NCBI GenBank assembly: GCA_963827655.1
Contig: CAWHCF010000021.1
Location: 34,128 to 98,127 of the forward strand
Direction: 5' to 3'
From: an uncultured Acidobacteriota bacterium
Lineage (GTDB): Bacteria > Acidobacteriota > UBA6911
DNA length: 64,000 nt
The notes beneath the pieces are model-generated. The model did not search any database. It saw nothing but the letters and a program-made list of their open reading frames with translations, and was not told the DNA's origin. Below, piece after piece: positions 32,724 through 42,495 of the stretch (positions are counted from its first letter, which is position 1; every line of letters begins with the position of its first letter). The position numbers and the translations under genes were made by a program.

Positions 32724-33782
32724 CTATGGCTTCGGCGGCTGAGGCTTGGTCTCGGGGGGCTTGGGTGGCGGCTGCTGTTGCTGTTGCTGCTGGCGGAACC
32801 GGGACTGCCTCGGCACCGGTTTCGCGCTCGCGATCTCGGTAAATGTTTTGATGATCCGTTCCTTCTGCGCCGGATCCAGAATCAGGTAGCGATGCTTGCC
32901 CTCCATCGCTGGTGTGAATTTCGTGCGGCCGTCGTCGAGCACCTTGATGGTTCCCGGGTCCGACAGTTTGAAGTAGCCTGCATCAGGACGAACCGCATAG
33001 AGCACTGCGGTCAGGTCCCACGTCGGGGTGTCATAGGGCATGGGCTGGTACGCGCGGTAGGCATCAACGACGGGATGGGCGGGTGACCAGGCGAAATCCT
33101 TTTCGATGCTCGATGCCGGAAAGAGCAACGCTTCTCCGACCTCATAGCCGGAAGCGACAATACGCCCGGGCCACTCAGCAAAGAGCTTCTTTGCCGCCGG
33201 GATGTCGGTCTCGATGTTGAACTCCGGTTTTCCTTCCGGGTAGGCGCCTCCCATGACGGACAGAAACCGCACCTTGCGTGAAATCAGATCCTTCACGCCG
33301 GGCAGATCGAGCACCTTGACCAGATTGGTCGCCGGCCCCACCAGAACAACGATGCAGTTCTGGTCGTGCTGGGCCGTGAACGCATTGCGGATTAACGCGG
33401 TGACTTCAGCCGTGTCGTTGAGCTTCCGGATGCCATGGCTGTAGAGAGGTTCACCCTCGGAGTTTTGCTTGGATAGAGGCACCGTGAGCATGGGCGTGTC
33501 CTCCTGCATCTTGCCGTCAACCGAGAGTCCGACCGGGAGCGTCCTCCCCGTCGCGCCGAACGCCCCACTCACGGCTCCCGCGTAGAAGCGACCGATCGCT
33601 TCGCAGAAAGCTGCGGCCTTCAGATTCGATTTGCTGACGCTGACCGAGACCACGCGCGCCTCGCTCTTGCCCTCGAAGCCGTAGAGCAGCGCCAGCGCCA
33701 GGGCATCATCGATACTGTTGCCCATGTCGGTATCGAAAACGATTCCGACCGGGGGCTTTCCTTGTTCCGGACCCTGCATCAT
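32724..33782 (-). CDS. Nucleoside hydrolase family protein
   Basis: FDTDMGNSIDDALALA, GPATN, MGG, EFNI and WDLTAV motifs; Q/P-rich tail. Confidence 0.88.
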   Translation of the reverse strand: MMQGPEQGKPPVGIVFDTDMGNSIDDALALALLYGFEGKSEARVVSVSVSKSNLKAAAFCEAIGRFYAGAVSGAFGATGRTLPVGLSVDGKMQEDTPMLTVPLSKQNSEGEPLYSHGIRKLNDTAEVTALIRNAFTAQHDQNCIVVLVGPATNLVKVLDLPGVKDLISRKVRFLSVMGGAYPEGKPEFNIETDIPAAKKLFAEWPGRIVASGYEVGEALLFPASSIEKDFAWSPAHPVVDAYRAYQPMPYDTPTWDLTAVLYAVRPDAGYFKLSDPGTIKVLDDGRTKFTPAMEGKHRYLILDPAQKERIIKTFTEIASAKPVPRQSRFRQQQQQQQPPPKPPETKPQPPKP

Positions 33783-33883
33783 GGAGCCTCCTTGCGGAAA
33801 CGGCCGTCAGGCGCGGATGGTGACTACGCGCATCCGCGCCCGCCGCCATTGTCGTCGGGCGGAGTGTGCCGGAAGATTCGCCG

Positions 33884-34063
33884 TCAGGCTTCTCTCAGCT
33901 TCTTGATAATGGACTTGGCCAGCCCCTCGTGAATCTCATTGTGACGGGGCACAGGTTGCGACTTCTTCGTAGTTGGATTGGTGTACCAATCGTGGCTTGC
34001 ACCGTGCCGAACCAGTACACAGCCCATTTCTTCCAACTTCCTGATGAGGTCCTTTCGCTTCAC
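33884..34063 (-). CDS. hicA: HicA family toxin (59 aa, absent from the ORF track)
   Basis: Manual translation from GTG: MKRKDLIRKLEEMGCVLVRHGASHDWYTNPTTKKSQPVPRHNEIHEGLAKSIIKKLREA*. Confidence 0.9.
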   Translation of the reverse strand: MKRKDLIRKLEEMGCVLVRHGASHDWYTNPTTKKSQPVPRHNEIHEGLAKSIIKKLREA

Positions 34064-34255
34064 TCCGTGAGGACCAACTCTTCGACTTTACGAATGTAGG
34101 GAATTTCGCCAGACTCAAGATCAGCCAACAGGTCCCTGAGGTTCGTCAACTAACTCTTCTTTTGACATCCCCTGAGTTTGATACTCGGGGTAGTCATTCA
34201 GAAACCCCAGGTAATAATCGCCGTCTTGCCAATAAGTGAATTTCGCGGTTTTCAT
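34060..34255 (-). CDS. hicB: HicB family antitoxin; +1 frameshift near 34145
   Basis: MKTAKFTYWQDGDYYLGFLNDYPEYQTQGMSKEELVD / NLRDLLADLESGEIPYIRKVEELVLTE*; GTGA overlap with hicA. Confidence 0.85.
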
Positions 34256-34357
34256 CTTCGGCTCCTCATGCCCTGCTAAAAGACATGATACGGTCTTCCA
34301 TGTCGGTATCGAAAACGATTCCGACCGGGGGCTTTCCTGGTTGGAGCTGTGTAACAA

Positions 34358-34396
34358 ATACCACTAAGGCTCAAAGACACGAAGAAACACCAAGAA
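34358..34396 (+). repeat. REP-like copy, left of the TRAFs-binding gene
   Basis: ataccactaaggctcaaagacacgaagaaacaccaagaa. Confidence 0.8.
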
Positions 34397-34408
34397 ATCT
34401 TTCCCGTC

Positions 34409-35719
34409 TCAGGCCACCCCGAGCGCCTTCATCGGCGGCTCGGCCAGCAGCGTCTGCAGCCGCTTGATCTGCTCGTCGGTCGAGTCGGTCATCCATTGTG
34501 CGGGCTTGATGTCGGCCGCCTGGCGCTTCCAATCTTCCGAACTGGGGTCACCCAGGCCGACGGCAGCCTCCCTGAGCGTAGCAAGGATCCAGTACTTGCG
34601 GGTCCGCAGGTCCGTCTGTTCTTCGCTCGTCATGCCATCCGAGACGGCCGGCAGGGCCTTCAGTTCGGCCTGACAGATCTCGACCACGCGCCGGCGAACC
34701 CGGGAGGCGAGAACCCAGTCGGCGATGGCCTCGGCCGGCGCAGACTTCACGGACTGTCGCGCGCGGAGGTTGAGCAGAAAGGCCAGGTTGATGCCGTTGT
34801 AGTAATCCTGCTTGAGCTGGAAACCGCGTTCGTAGCCCCGGACCGCCTCATCCAGGTCCTTCGGGTCGCTGCTCAGGTCCCACATGCGCTTGTGGACTGC
34901 GCCCCAGAGACCCAGGGTTTCCGTGTTATGGCTGCCCGCGGGATCGAGCGTTTCGAGATAGCCGCGCGCTTCCACCAGCGCCGCCTCCGGCGTGGGCTGC
35001 TTGCTCTTGTACGTCGCGAGAGCGAGCATCTGAGTGACATCGTTCTTGTTCGGTACCATCTGACGTAGCGCCAGAAGCATCCCCTTGGCCATGACGAAAT
35101 CGCTCCGGGCCATAGCCGCCTTTGCCTGGTCAGTCATGGTCTTGAGACTCATTTCCTCGGCCGACGCGGCCGCGCGGACGGTCTCCTCCATTACAGTGGC
35201 AGCCGCCGCCCCTGCCGCTCCGCGCATGGGATTCTTGAGATCGGGAATGAAGGTGTAGACCGGACTGTCGGTCTTTTGGGCGGCGACGATAGCATCGATG
35301 GCCTGCCGCAGGTCGTCGCGGAACCGCTTCGCCTCGCGCCGTCCGATATCTCCGCCCATATGCTCGTAGGTCCGGATCGCAATGTGACTGAAGTCGAACG
35401 GGTATTTGAAGCCGGTCTCGGCGACGATGATGGTGCAAAGCGGCCGCAGCGCATGGCGGACGCCGAGCTCGTAGGCCGCGTTCACATTGTAAGTCGACAG
35501 GTCCGCGATGACCAGGTCGGCCCCAAGGATCTGCTCGAACATGGGCTGGTCGATGGTGCCGGAGTGCTTGATCTCGTCCGCCCGGATACACTCCAGTCCG
35601 GCGTCAGTGACTGCCTCCTTGATGACCTCGTACGAAGCGTCCAGGTCGAGCGTTCGACCCGTCTGGTAGTCCTGCTTCTTGCCGAAACCCTGGATCACGA
35701 AACATGTTTTCTTCGCCAT
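34409..35719 (-). CDS. MAP3K TRAFs-binding (DUF4071) domain protein with an N-terminal nucleoside-deoxyribosyltransferase-like domain
   Basis: CFVIQGFGKK, RADE, ADLVIADLSTYNVNAAYELGVRHA, PFD, DSPVY, ETLGLWGAVHKR and YYNGIN motifs. Confidence 0.8.
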   Translation of the reverse strand: MAKKTCFVIQGFGKKQDYQTGRTLDLDASYEVIKEAVTDAGLECIRADEIKHSGTIDQPMFEQILGADLVIADLSTYNVNAAYELGVRHALRPLCTIIVAETGFKYPFDFSHIAIRTYEHMGGDIGRREAKRFRDDLRQAIDAIVAAQKTDSPVYTFIPDLKNPMRGAAGAAAATVMEETVRAAASAEEMSLKTMTDQAKAAMARSDFVMAKGMLLALRQMVPNKNDVTQMLALATYKSKQPTPEAALVEARGYLETLDPAGSHNTETLGLWGAVHKRMWDLSSDPKDLDEAVRGYERGFQLKQDYYNGINLAFLLNLRARQSVKSAPAEAIADWVLASRVRRRVVEICQAELKALPAVSDGMTSEEQTDLRTRKYWILATLREAAVGLGDPSSEDWKRQAADIKPAQWMTDSTDEQIKRLQTLLAEPPMKALGVA

Positions 35720-35832
35720 ATGGTGGCTCTTTCCGCCCATCGGGCGAGAGTAGGTGAGGTGTTTCTGTTGTTGAGCTTCTTCAACCTAGACGTTTCGCGC
35801 AGCAATTACAAGGGGCTTGCATGGGTACAAGA

Positions 35833-35871
35833 TTCCTGGTGTTTCTTTGTGTCTTCGCGTCTTAGATGTAT
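35833..35871 (-). repeat. REP-like copy, right of the TRAFs-binding gene and inverted relative to 34358
   Basis: ttcctggtgtttctttgtgtcttcgcgtcttagatgtat; 32/39 match by manual count. Confidence 0.78.
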
Positions 35872-35900
35872 CGGCCATCGAGCAAGAGAATTGCCCCAGT

Positions 35901-37316
35901 TCACCGGCAGTTGAACCGGTCAAAGCGAAGTCCAAGAATAATCGTGCCGAATCGATCCCCCTCAACCCGAGCGGGGCCAACCGACCACTGCAGAGGAAGG
36001 GCCGCGCCCGTCGCGTATAGCGTTGATGTGCTCGAGAGCGACACCCCTTCGAGCAGATCGCGATCATTACCCCCGCGATAGGTTCCGTAGCAGAGCCGTC
36101 CGGCCGGAGAAAAAGCGGCCACGAAGCCATCCAGGTTTCCTCCACCGAAGGCTGGCTGATGAGCGCCCGGCACCGGGAGATCTCGCGAGTCCGTCGAGCC
36201 AACCAGCCAGGTGCGGCCCCGCAAATCCACTGCAATATTGCCCCCGTCGTATCCGCTGTGGTCGGTTCCTGAACCACCGTAATAGGTCGAGAACATCAAA
36301 TTACGGCCTGAGGAATCCAGCATTATCAAGAAGGCGTCAGCCGAGCCTGAAAGCCTTCGCTGAGATGCGCGGCTCGTCGTCGGCAGATCGGTCGATTCGC
36401 TGATGCCCGCTACGACCGGGTTGCCGTCCGGATTAATTGTGATTCCCCACGCGGAATCGTTGCCGTTGCCTCCGAAAAAAGTGCTGAACGCGAATGCCTG
36501 CCATCCCGGTTGGAGTTTTGCTATGAAGGCATCGCCCCGCCCCTTCAAATCTGCCTGCAATGGACGGTGGGTCGGAAAATCCGCAGACAGAGTGTAGCCG
36601 GCGAGGAAAACGCTTCCGCCGCGATCCGCGATGAGACCGGTAAGCTTCTCTTCAGCGCTGCCTCCGAAGACTACGGCCCGGCGCTCGTGCGCGCGGCCCG
36701 GGCTGAGGGAAGCCAGAAAGACGTCACCATTGCCGCCCGGCCCCAGTTGACGATTTGCCGCTGCACCGGGAAAGTCCCTTGACCAGGTGGTGCCGGCAAT
36801 GTACACCTCGCCGTTTGGGGCGAGCCAGAGGCCGTTTCCCTGGTCGGCGCCGCTACCGCCTATGAACGTCGAATAGAGTATTTCTCCTGCCGGGCCGATC
36901 TCGACCAGAAATGCGTCACTGTCTCCACCTGCGTACGCCGGTTGGATCGCGTTGGCCGTAGTCGGGAAATTCTTGGACTTGGTAAAGCCAACGGCATAGG
37001 CGTGGCCGCGCCCATCGACCTTCACTCGAGAGGCGCCATCCCAGCCGTCGCCGCTCAGGCGCGTGACGTAGTCGAGCCGATTCGTCTTTGGGTTGAGCTT
37101 GCACACATAGGCATCCATGTAGGCATCCATGCCTCCGGGACTCACGGCATCATTGGGCGCGCGAGTGGAGTGGCAAGCAAGGTAGAGGTTTCCCTGAGCA
37201 TCGGATGCGATGTCATCGCAATCATCGAAACCAAGGGTCGAAGAGAAGACGACCTGGACACCGTCTGCGGCACTGGCTGTCGCGCAGACGGACAGTATCA
37301 GCAGGATGAGGAGCAT
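35901..37316 (-). CDS. Secreted SBBP-repeat beta-propeller protein
   Basis: Repeated YSTFxGGSGxD, G.T.S.DFPT and DAF motifs, with a signal peptide. Confidence 0.85.
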   Translation of the reverse strand: MLLILLILSVCATASAADGVQVVFSSTLGFDDCDDIASDAQGNLYLACHSTRAPNDAVSPGGMDAYMDAYVCKLNPKTNRLDYVTRLSGDGWDGASRVKVDGRGHAYAVGFTKSKNFPTTANAIQPAYAGGDSDAFLVEIGPAGEILYSTFIGGSGADQGNGLWLAPNGEVYIAGTTWSRDFPGAAANRQLGPGGNGDVFLASLSPGRAHERRAVVFGGSAEEKLTGLIADRGGSVFLAGYTLSADFPTHRPLQADLKGRGDAFIAKLQPGWQAFAFSTFFGGNGNDSAWGITINPDGNPVVAGISESTDLPTTSRASQRRLSGSADAFLIMLDSSGRNLMFSTYYGGSGTDHSGYDGGNIAVDLRGRTWLVGSTDSRDLPVPGAHQPAFGGGNLDGFVAAFSPAGRLCYGTYRGGNDRDLLEGVSLSSTSTLYATGAALPLQWSVGPARVEGDRFGTIILGLRFDRFNCR

Positions 37317-37341
37317 GCGGTGGCGTTCGCTCTTGCGAACC

Positions 37342-38685
37342 CTAGGTGAGATCCAGGCCTTCGAGCCGTCCGGTCGAGTCGCCGAAATGCTCCGCCCGGA
37401 CATTCATGCGATCCATCATGGTAAGGAAGAGGTTCGACATCGGCGTCTCCCTGCGGTACACGATGCGCCGGCCCGGGCTGATGGAATTGCCGGCCCGCCC
37501 GGCGATCAGGGTCGGCAGGTCATCGTGAGTGTGCCGATTGCCGTCGGAGAGCCCGGCGCCATAGACGATCATCGAGTTGTCAAGCAGCGTCGAGTCCCCC
37601 TCTTTGATCGACTTGAGCTTCTCAACCCAGCTCGCGAACTGCTTCATGTGATAGCAGTTGATCTGGGCCACCTTCTCCATCAACACCGGATCGTTACGAT
37701 GGTGCGTGAGCGGGTGATGTCCGTCCGGAATGCCGATCTCGCGGTAAGGGCGCGATGTGCCCTCGCGCGTCACAAGGAATGTGACAACGCGGCTGAGGTC
37801 GGCCTGGAAGGCAACCGTGATCATGTCGGTCATCAACTTGAAGTGCTCGGCGAAATCAGCCGGGACGCCGTAAGGCTTCTCCATGCCGGGCTCGATTTGC
37901 GCGTTATCCTTCTCGGCCTTCTCGATCTGGAGTTCGATCTCGCGGATCGACGAGAGATACTCTTCGAGCTTGCGCTGGTCGGTTGGACCGAGAACGGATT
38001 GCAGCTTCCTGGTGTCGTCGGTTACGAAATCCAGGATACTCCGCCGGTACTTGTTCTGGCGCGCGCGCGCCTCCGGGCTCAGGGCGACGCCCTTGCCGAA
38101 CAGGCGTTCGAAGAGCGCGCGCGGATCTAGAATCGGCGGCAGCGGCTGAGTTTCGCTCCTCCAGGCCAGGTTGTTGGTATAGGCGCAGGAGTAGCCCGAG
38201 TCGCAATCGCCCGCCTGCCGGGCGTCTTCGACTCCGATCTCGAGCGAGGGAAAGCGCGTCTGGCTCCCGATCCGGTTGGCGACGATCTGATCGCAGGAGA
38301 TGCCCGACTTGATGTCGACCATTGTCTTGCGCGGCTGGACCCCTGTCAGGTATGAGGCGCAGCACCGTCCGTGATCACCGGGACCGTCCAGCAGAGCCCT
38401 CCCGTTGTTGTGCGTGAGGTTGCCGAACAGAAGAATGTCATCCTTGAACGGCTCGAGCGGCTTCAGAATCCTGGGCAACTCGCCGAGCTTGCCCTCGTAG
38501 TCCGGATTCCAATGGCGCATGTCGATGCCGTTGGGAACGTAGACAAACGCCATTCGAACCGGTGCCTTGCCGGGAACCCGGCTCGACGCCAGGGCCGGAG
38601 CCATCGCATCGAGGAAAGGGAGCGCGATCGTGGCCCCCACGCCTTGCAGAAAAGTTCGTCTAGGAAGCGTCTTGCCCGTGATCAT
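37342..38685 (-). CDS. DUF1552 domain protein
   Basis: RRTFLQGVGATIALPFLDAM, YVPNG, CDSGYSCAY and HHPLTHH motifs. Confidence 0.9.
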   Translation of the reverse strand: MITGKTLPRRTFLQGVGATIALPFLDAMAPALASSRVPGKAPVRMAFVYVPNGIDMRHWNPDYEGKLGELPRILKPLEPFKDDILLFGNLTHNNGRALLDGPGDHGRCCASYLTGVQPRKTMVDIKSGISCDQIVANRIGSQTRFPSLEIGVEDARQAGDCDSGYSCAYTNNLAWRSETQPLPPILDPRALFERLFGKGVALSPEARARQNKYRRSILDFVTDDTRKLQSVLGPTDQRKLEEYLSSIREIELQIEKAEKDNAQIEPGMEKPYGVPADFAEHFKLMTDMITVAFQADLSRVVTFLVTREGTSRPYREIGIPDGHHPLTHHRNDPVLMEKVAQINCYHMKQFASWVEKLKSIKEGDSTLLDNSMIVYGAGLSDGNRHTHDDLPTLIAGRAGNSISPGRRIVYRRETPMSNLFLTMMDRMNVRAEHFGDSTGRLEGLDLT

Positions 38686-41030
38686 TGTTGCGCTACCTCC
38701 TTCGGTTTCGCCGCACTTTCGGTCCTTGACTCGCCGCGCCGTGACTGGAACGGAAGACTCCGCACGATCTCATGAATCAGAGTCTGGAACTTGTAGCCGG
38801 ATGCCGCCAGCTTCCGGTTGATCTCATCCACAGTTCTCTTGTCATACCGCTCCAAACCACGTCCCAGAGAGTATGTCAGCATTTTCTCAATAATGCATCG
38901 CGCAAAATCAGGAAGGTCCCCTTTGAGAAGAACTCTCAGCTCCGCGGGGCTGGAGAACGACTTCCCGTTCGGAAGGGTGCCGCTCGAGTCGATCGGGAAC
39001 TTGCCGTCCATCGTGCGCCATTTGCCGATGGCATCATAGTTTTCAAGACCGAAGCCGAGCACATCCATCCGGTTATGGCACGAGGCGCACATGGCGTTGG
39101 TTCGATGCTTCTCGAGTTGTTGCCGCAGGGAACCCGCATTGCCTACGGCCTCTTCGTCCAGGACCGGCACGTCAGGCGGCGGCGCCGGGGGCGGCGCTCC
39201 GAGGATGTTCTGGAGCACATACTTCCCACGGATCACCGGCGACGTGCGCGTCGGATAGCTCGACACGGTAAGAACGCTCGCATGGCTCAGGATGCCCCCA
39301 CGCTGACCCGTGCCGAGCGTCACCCGGCGAAACTCGGGCCCCGTGACGCCTTCGATCCGGTAGTGTTTCGCCAGAGGCTCATTCAGGAAGGTGAAATCAG
39401 CGTCCAGGAATTCAGAGAGTGAGCGATTCTCGCGCACAATCGACTCGAAAAACATCCGGGTTTCCGCCTTCATGGCATCCCGCAACTCCGGCCCCCAGTC
39501 CGGAAACTTCTGCGGGTCCGGTTTGACGCTATCCAGGTTTCGCGTCTCCAGCCACTGCCCGGCGAAATTATCGGCCAGGGCGGCCGACCGCCCGTCGGCC
39601 AGCATCCGCTTCACCTGGTCATCGAGAACGCCGGGCGCGCGAAGCTTGCCGGCCTCGGCCAGGCTCAGCAAGTCATCGTCCGGCATGGAACTCCAGAGGA
39701 AGTAGCTCAGGCGTGAGGCCAGCTCGACGTCGGAAATCCTGTGTGTCCTGGCCGGCTCCGGAGCCGGGTCGCGCTCGATGCGAAACAGGAAGTGCGGAGA
39801 CACCAGCATCGCCTGGATAACCAGCTGGAGGCCCTGCTCGACATTCTGCCCTTCGTTCCGAGCCATCCCGACGAACTTCATCAGCGACGCAACTTCGTTC
39901 TTCGTTACCGGCCGCCGGTAAGCGCGGCGCGCCAATGTGGCGACGATTTTCTCGATACAAACCCGGCCGGAGTTCGGGTCGCAGATCAGAATCTTCTTTC
40001 GGCTCGGCTTCTCGATCTTTGACGGAAAGGGCCCGACGAAGGTGATCATGTTCAGGAATTTGTTCTTCTTGTCGCTGTAGACATCCTTTTCCGAAAGGCC
40101 TTTCACGAAATCATCATCTATGAAGCCCGAGCGGAAGACATGGTCACCTTCAGGAAGGTAGAGGCGCATTTCCGCTTCGGAGTAAGGATTGAAGTACACC
40201 AGCTGAGACGGCTTTGTTTCCACCGTCATCGTGTGCAGCAGCTTTCCGTCCATCCAGAAGCCCATCGTCACCGGCTTCCCATCCGGAGCGCGCTCTCCGG
40301 GCAGACCGATTCGTATGATGTACTCGCCGTCCCATTCGATGCGGTGAGTGGCTTCGATATTGCTGGCGTTGGGCCGCCGGATCGTCTTGTTTTTGGCGTG
40401 ATACTCGGCCGTGAGCGGCTTGGGCATCGGGTCGGCCCCGAGGGCTCTGGCGGCAATACTCTCGGCGGCGGCGAGGTACTTCTCCATGAGCACTGGGGAA
40501 ATGGTCAGCACTTCACCGATATTGTCAAAACCGTGGCCGGAGTCGTCCGTGGGAAAATCCTTTTCCGCCCGAAAGTCGACCCCGAGCAGATCGCGGATGG
40601 TGTTCGAATACTCGTTCCGGTTCATGCGGCGCGCCGTAACGCGGCCTGGATCGGGCTTGAGGTTGCGGTCGGCGCGCTCGAACTCCCCTTCGACGAACTT
40701 GATCAAGGCATCGACCTGGTCTTCGGGCGGCCGCTGAACGCCCTCGGGCGGCATCTCGCCCGTGCGGAGCTTCTGCAGGATCTTCTCCCAGCCCTCACGA
40801 TGTTCGGCGATCGAACCCGGCGCCGAAAACGGTCCGAGGTTGAGTCCGCCCGAGGTCAAGCGGTCGTTGTGGCACGGCGCGCACGTCTTCGCCAGCACCG
40901 GCGGAACGCTCTTCTCGAAGGCGGCCGCGTCAGTCTGATCTTTCTTTGACGGGGGAGCCTGGGGGTTGGCCGCCAGCAGCAACCCGGTCGCGGATAGAAC
41001 GATGAGGAGGCAGTGGACTTTGTGGCGCAT
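38682..41030 (-). CDS. DUF1592/DUF1588-family protein with heme c motifs
   Basis: CAPCH, RRMNRNEYSNTIRDL, ELASRLSYFLWSSMPD, RTSPVIRG and CASCH motifs. Confidence 0.9.
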   Translation of the reverse strand: MRHKVHCLLIVLSATGLLLAANPQAPPSKKDQTDAAAFEKSVPPVLAKTCAPCHNDRLTSGGLNLGPFSAPGSIAEHREGWEKILQKLRTGEMPPEGVQRPPEDQVDALIKFVEGEFERADRNLKPDPGRVTARRMNRNEYSNTIRDLLGVDFRAEKDFPTDDSGHGFDNIGEVLTISPVLMEKYLAAAESIAARALGADPMPKPLTAEYHAKNKTIRRPNASNIEATHRIEWDGEYIIRIGLPGERAPDGKPVTMGFWMDGKLLHTMTVETKPSQLVYFNPYSEAEMRLYLPEGDHVFRSGFIDDDFVKGLSEKDVYSDKKNKFLNMITFVGPFPSKIEKPSRKKILICDPNSGRVCIEKIVATLARRAYRRPVTKNEVASLMKFVGMARNEGQNVEQGLQLVIQAMLVSPHFLFRIERDPAPEPARTHRISDVELASRLSYFLWSSMPDDDLLSLAEAGKLRAPGVLDDQVKRMLADGRSAALADNFAGQWLETRNLDSVKPDPQKFPDWGPELRDAMKAETRMFFESIVRENRSLSEFLDADFTFLNEPLAKHYRIEGVTGPEFRRVTLGTGQRGGILSHASVLTVSSYPTRTSPVIRGKYVLQNILGAPPPAPPPDVPVLDEEAVGNAGSLRQQLEKHRTNAMCASCHNRMDVLGFGLENYDAIGKWRTMDGKFPIDSSGTLPNGKSFSSPAELRVLLKGDLPDFARCIIEKMLTYSLGRGLERYDKRTVDEINRKLAASGYKFQTLIHEIVRSLPFQSRRGESRTESAAKPKEVAQQ

Positions 41031-41150
41031 ACCGTCGTCTATATCAACCTGTGATGCGTGTTATACGACATCCTCTACCGGAATGTTACTGAAATCCGGA
41101 CGGAGTCCTGGCGTTTCTTCGCGTCTCAGCGGTCGGGTCCTGTGCTCGTG

Positions 41151-42410
41151 TCACTTCCGCTTGAGATGCTGGTCGAACCAGGCGAACGCATCCGCCTGCA
41201 TCTGGAGATCAAACTTGTGCCCCCCCGGGTAGAAGTTGCAGCGGTAGTTGTTCGATGCCCCGCCCCGCTCGAAGGTCTCTTTCATGATCGTGTCGGCGCG
41301 CTGCATTTCAGAGACGGTATAGAGTGGATCTTCCGTACAGTTCAAGACCATGGTAGGGGCCGGGGCCCGCAGCGCAAGGATTTCCGGAAAGTCGAGATCC
41401 TTGGGCAGGAGCGGGACGTAGGCCATCCAGGTATGGGTGAAGCACTTATCCAGCACAAAGTCCCTCCAGGTTGTCATGAATCCGACGGCGACCGCGCACC
41501 GGATCCGATCGTCCAGACCCCCGAGGTATACGGTACGCATTCCTCCACCCGAGAGCCCGGCGCACCCCACTCGCGAGGCATCCACTTCGGGGCGCGCGCA
41601 GAGGACGTCAAGCGCGCGCTGGTCCTCTACGACGTAAACGCCCGGCCAGGTAGTCCCGGCACTGAGCAAGCTTTTCTCCATGATGTGTTCGTGCTGCCCT
41701 GCGAAGGCGTTGTATTTGGCGATCGCGTCCGCATCGGCAAGGTCGGCGTCGCCCGCTCCCTGGCGCAGGCGTTCGGGTACGTCGGCGGTGAGGACGCGGC
41801 GGCTGGCGAAGGGGAACGTGTCGTGGACCAGGACGGCATACCCGCGCTTGGCGATCTCGTTAGCCCAGGCAACGCCGCCGTAGTAGCGCTCGTAATGCTT
41901 GGACAGCACAGGCAAGGGTTTGTCGTCGATCCGCGCGACCTTTCGCCAGCCGAGAAACTTGTTCCCGCCGTGATCGTGGAGCGCGAGGATGCCGGGCAAT
42001 TTTCCAATCGCCTTAGCCGGCTTCAGGAAGACCGCCTCGGTCCGCGGACCGCCGGGAAGCTGCCAGGACAACCGCTCGATCTGAAGGCCGTCATATTCGT
42101 GCCGCGACTCTACGCGCACCTGCGGGACTCCTCCCAGGTCGACCGGAGCCATGTACTCCCATACCCGCTTCCGCGCCGTAGAGCGCCAGGCATCCAGGCT
42201 TTTCCAGTTCCCGGTTCGAAAGGAAAGCCTCGCGGGTCCCTTGCCCAGCACCCGGTCCGCAAGCCACGGCCCGTAGGCACCGGTCATGTTCTCGCGCATC
42301 TCGGTCGTCGCGCGCTGCGGTTCTTGCGGGCTCGCAACCGGGATCATTTCCAGGCTTGCGGCGGACGCCGCCGCAGAAAGTAAGATCAAACGGAAAAAAC
42401 GACCTCGCAT
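41151..42410 (-). CDS. Alpha/beta hydrolase (dienelactone hydrolase/Abhydrolase_7-like)
   Basis: LHDHGG, GLSGGG nucleophile elbow and GGHKF motifs. Confidence 0.85.
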   Translation of the reverse strand: MRGRFFRLILLSAAASAASLEMIPVASPQEPQRATTEMRENMTGAYGPWLADRVLGKGPARLSFRTGNWKSLDAWRSTARKRVWEYMAPVDLGGVPQVRVESRHEYDGLQIERLSWQLPGGPRTEAVFLKPAKAIGKLPGILALHDHGGNKFLGWRKVARIDDKPLPVLSKHYERYYGGVAWANEIAKRGYAVLVHDTFPFASRRVLTADVPERLRQGAGDADLADADAIAKYNAFAGQHEHIMEKSLLSAGTTWPGVYVVEDQRALDVLCARPEVDASRVGCAGLSGGGMRTVYLGGLDDRIRCAVAVGFMTTWRDFVLDKCFTHTWMAYVPLLPKDLDFPEILALRAPAPTMVLNCTEDPLYTVSEMQRADTIMKETFERGGASNNYRCNFYPGGHKFDLQMQADAFAWFDQHLKRK

Positions 42411-42495
42411 AGTGTCACCCCCGTGGACCGATTATGCCATTATTCGACGCGTTTCCTCATACCGGCTTTGTTATTACCGATGGCGGTGCAGGCAG

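Larger units (their letters stand above)
33722..34338. repeat. Perfect 41-bp direct repeat (33722-33762 and 34298-34338) flanking hicBA
   Basis: ccatgtcggtatcgaaaacgattccgaccgggggctttcct at both sites. Confidence 0.92.

Noticed and set aside
32730-32795. CAG/CAA and Pro-rich tract as a contingency repeat
   Set aside because: It is an in-frame, mixed-codon low-complexity tail.
41058-42383. 441-aa minus-strand ORF
   Set aside because: An alternative-frame overlap of the hydrolase gene, with no motifs.
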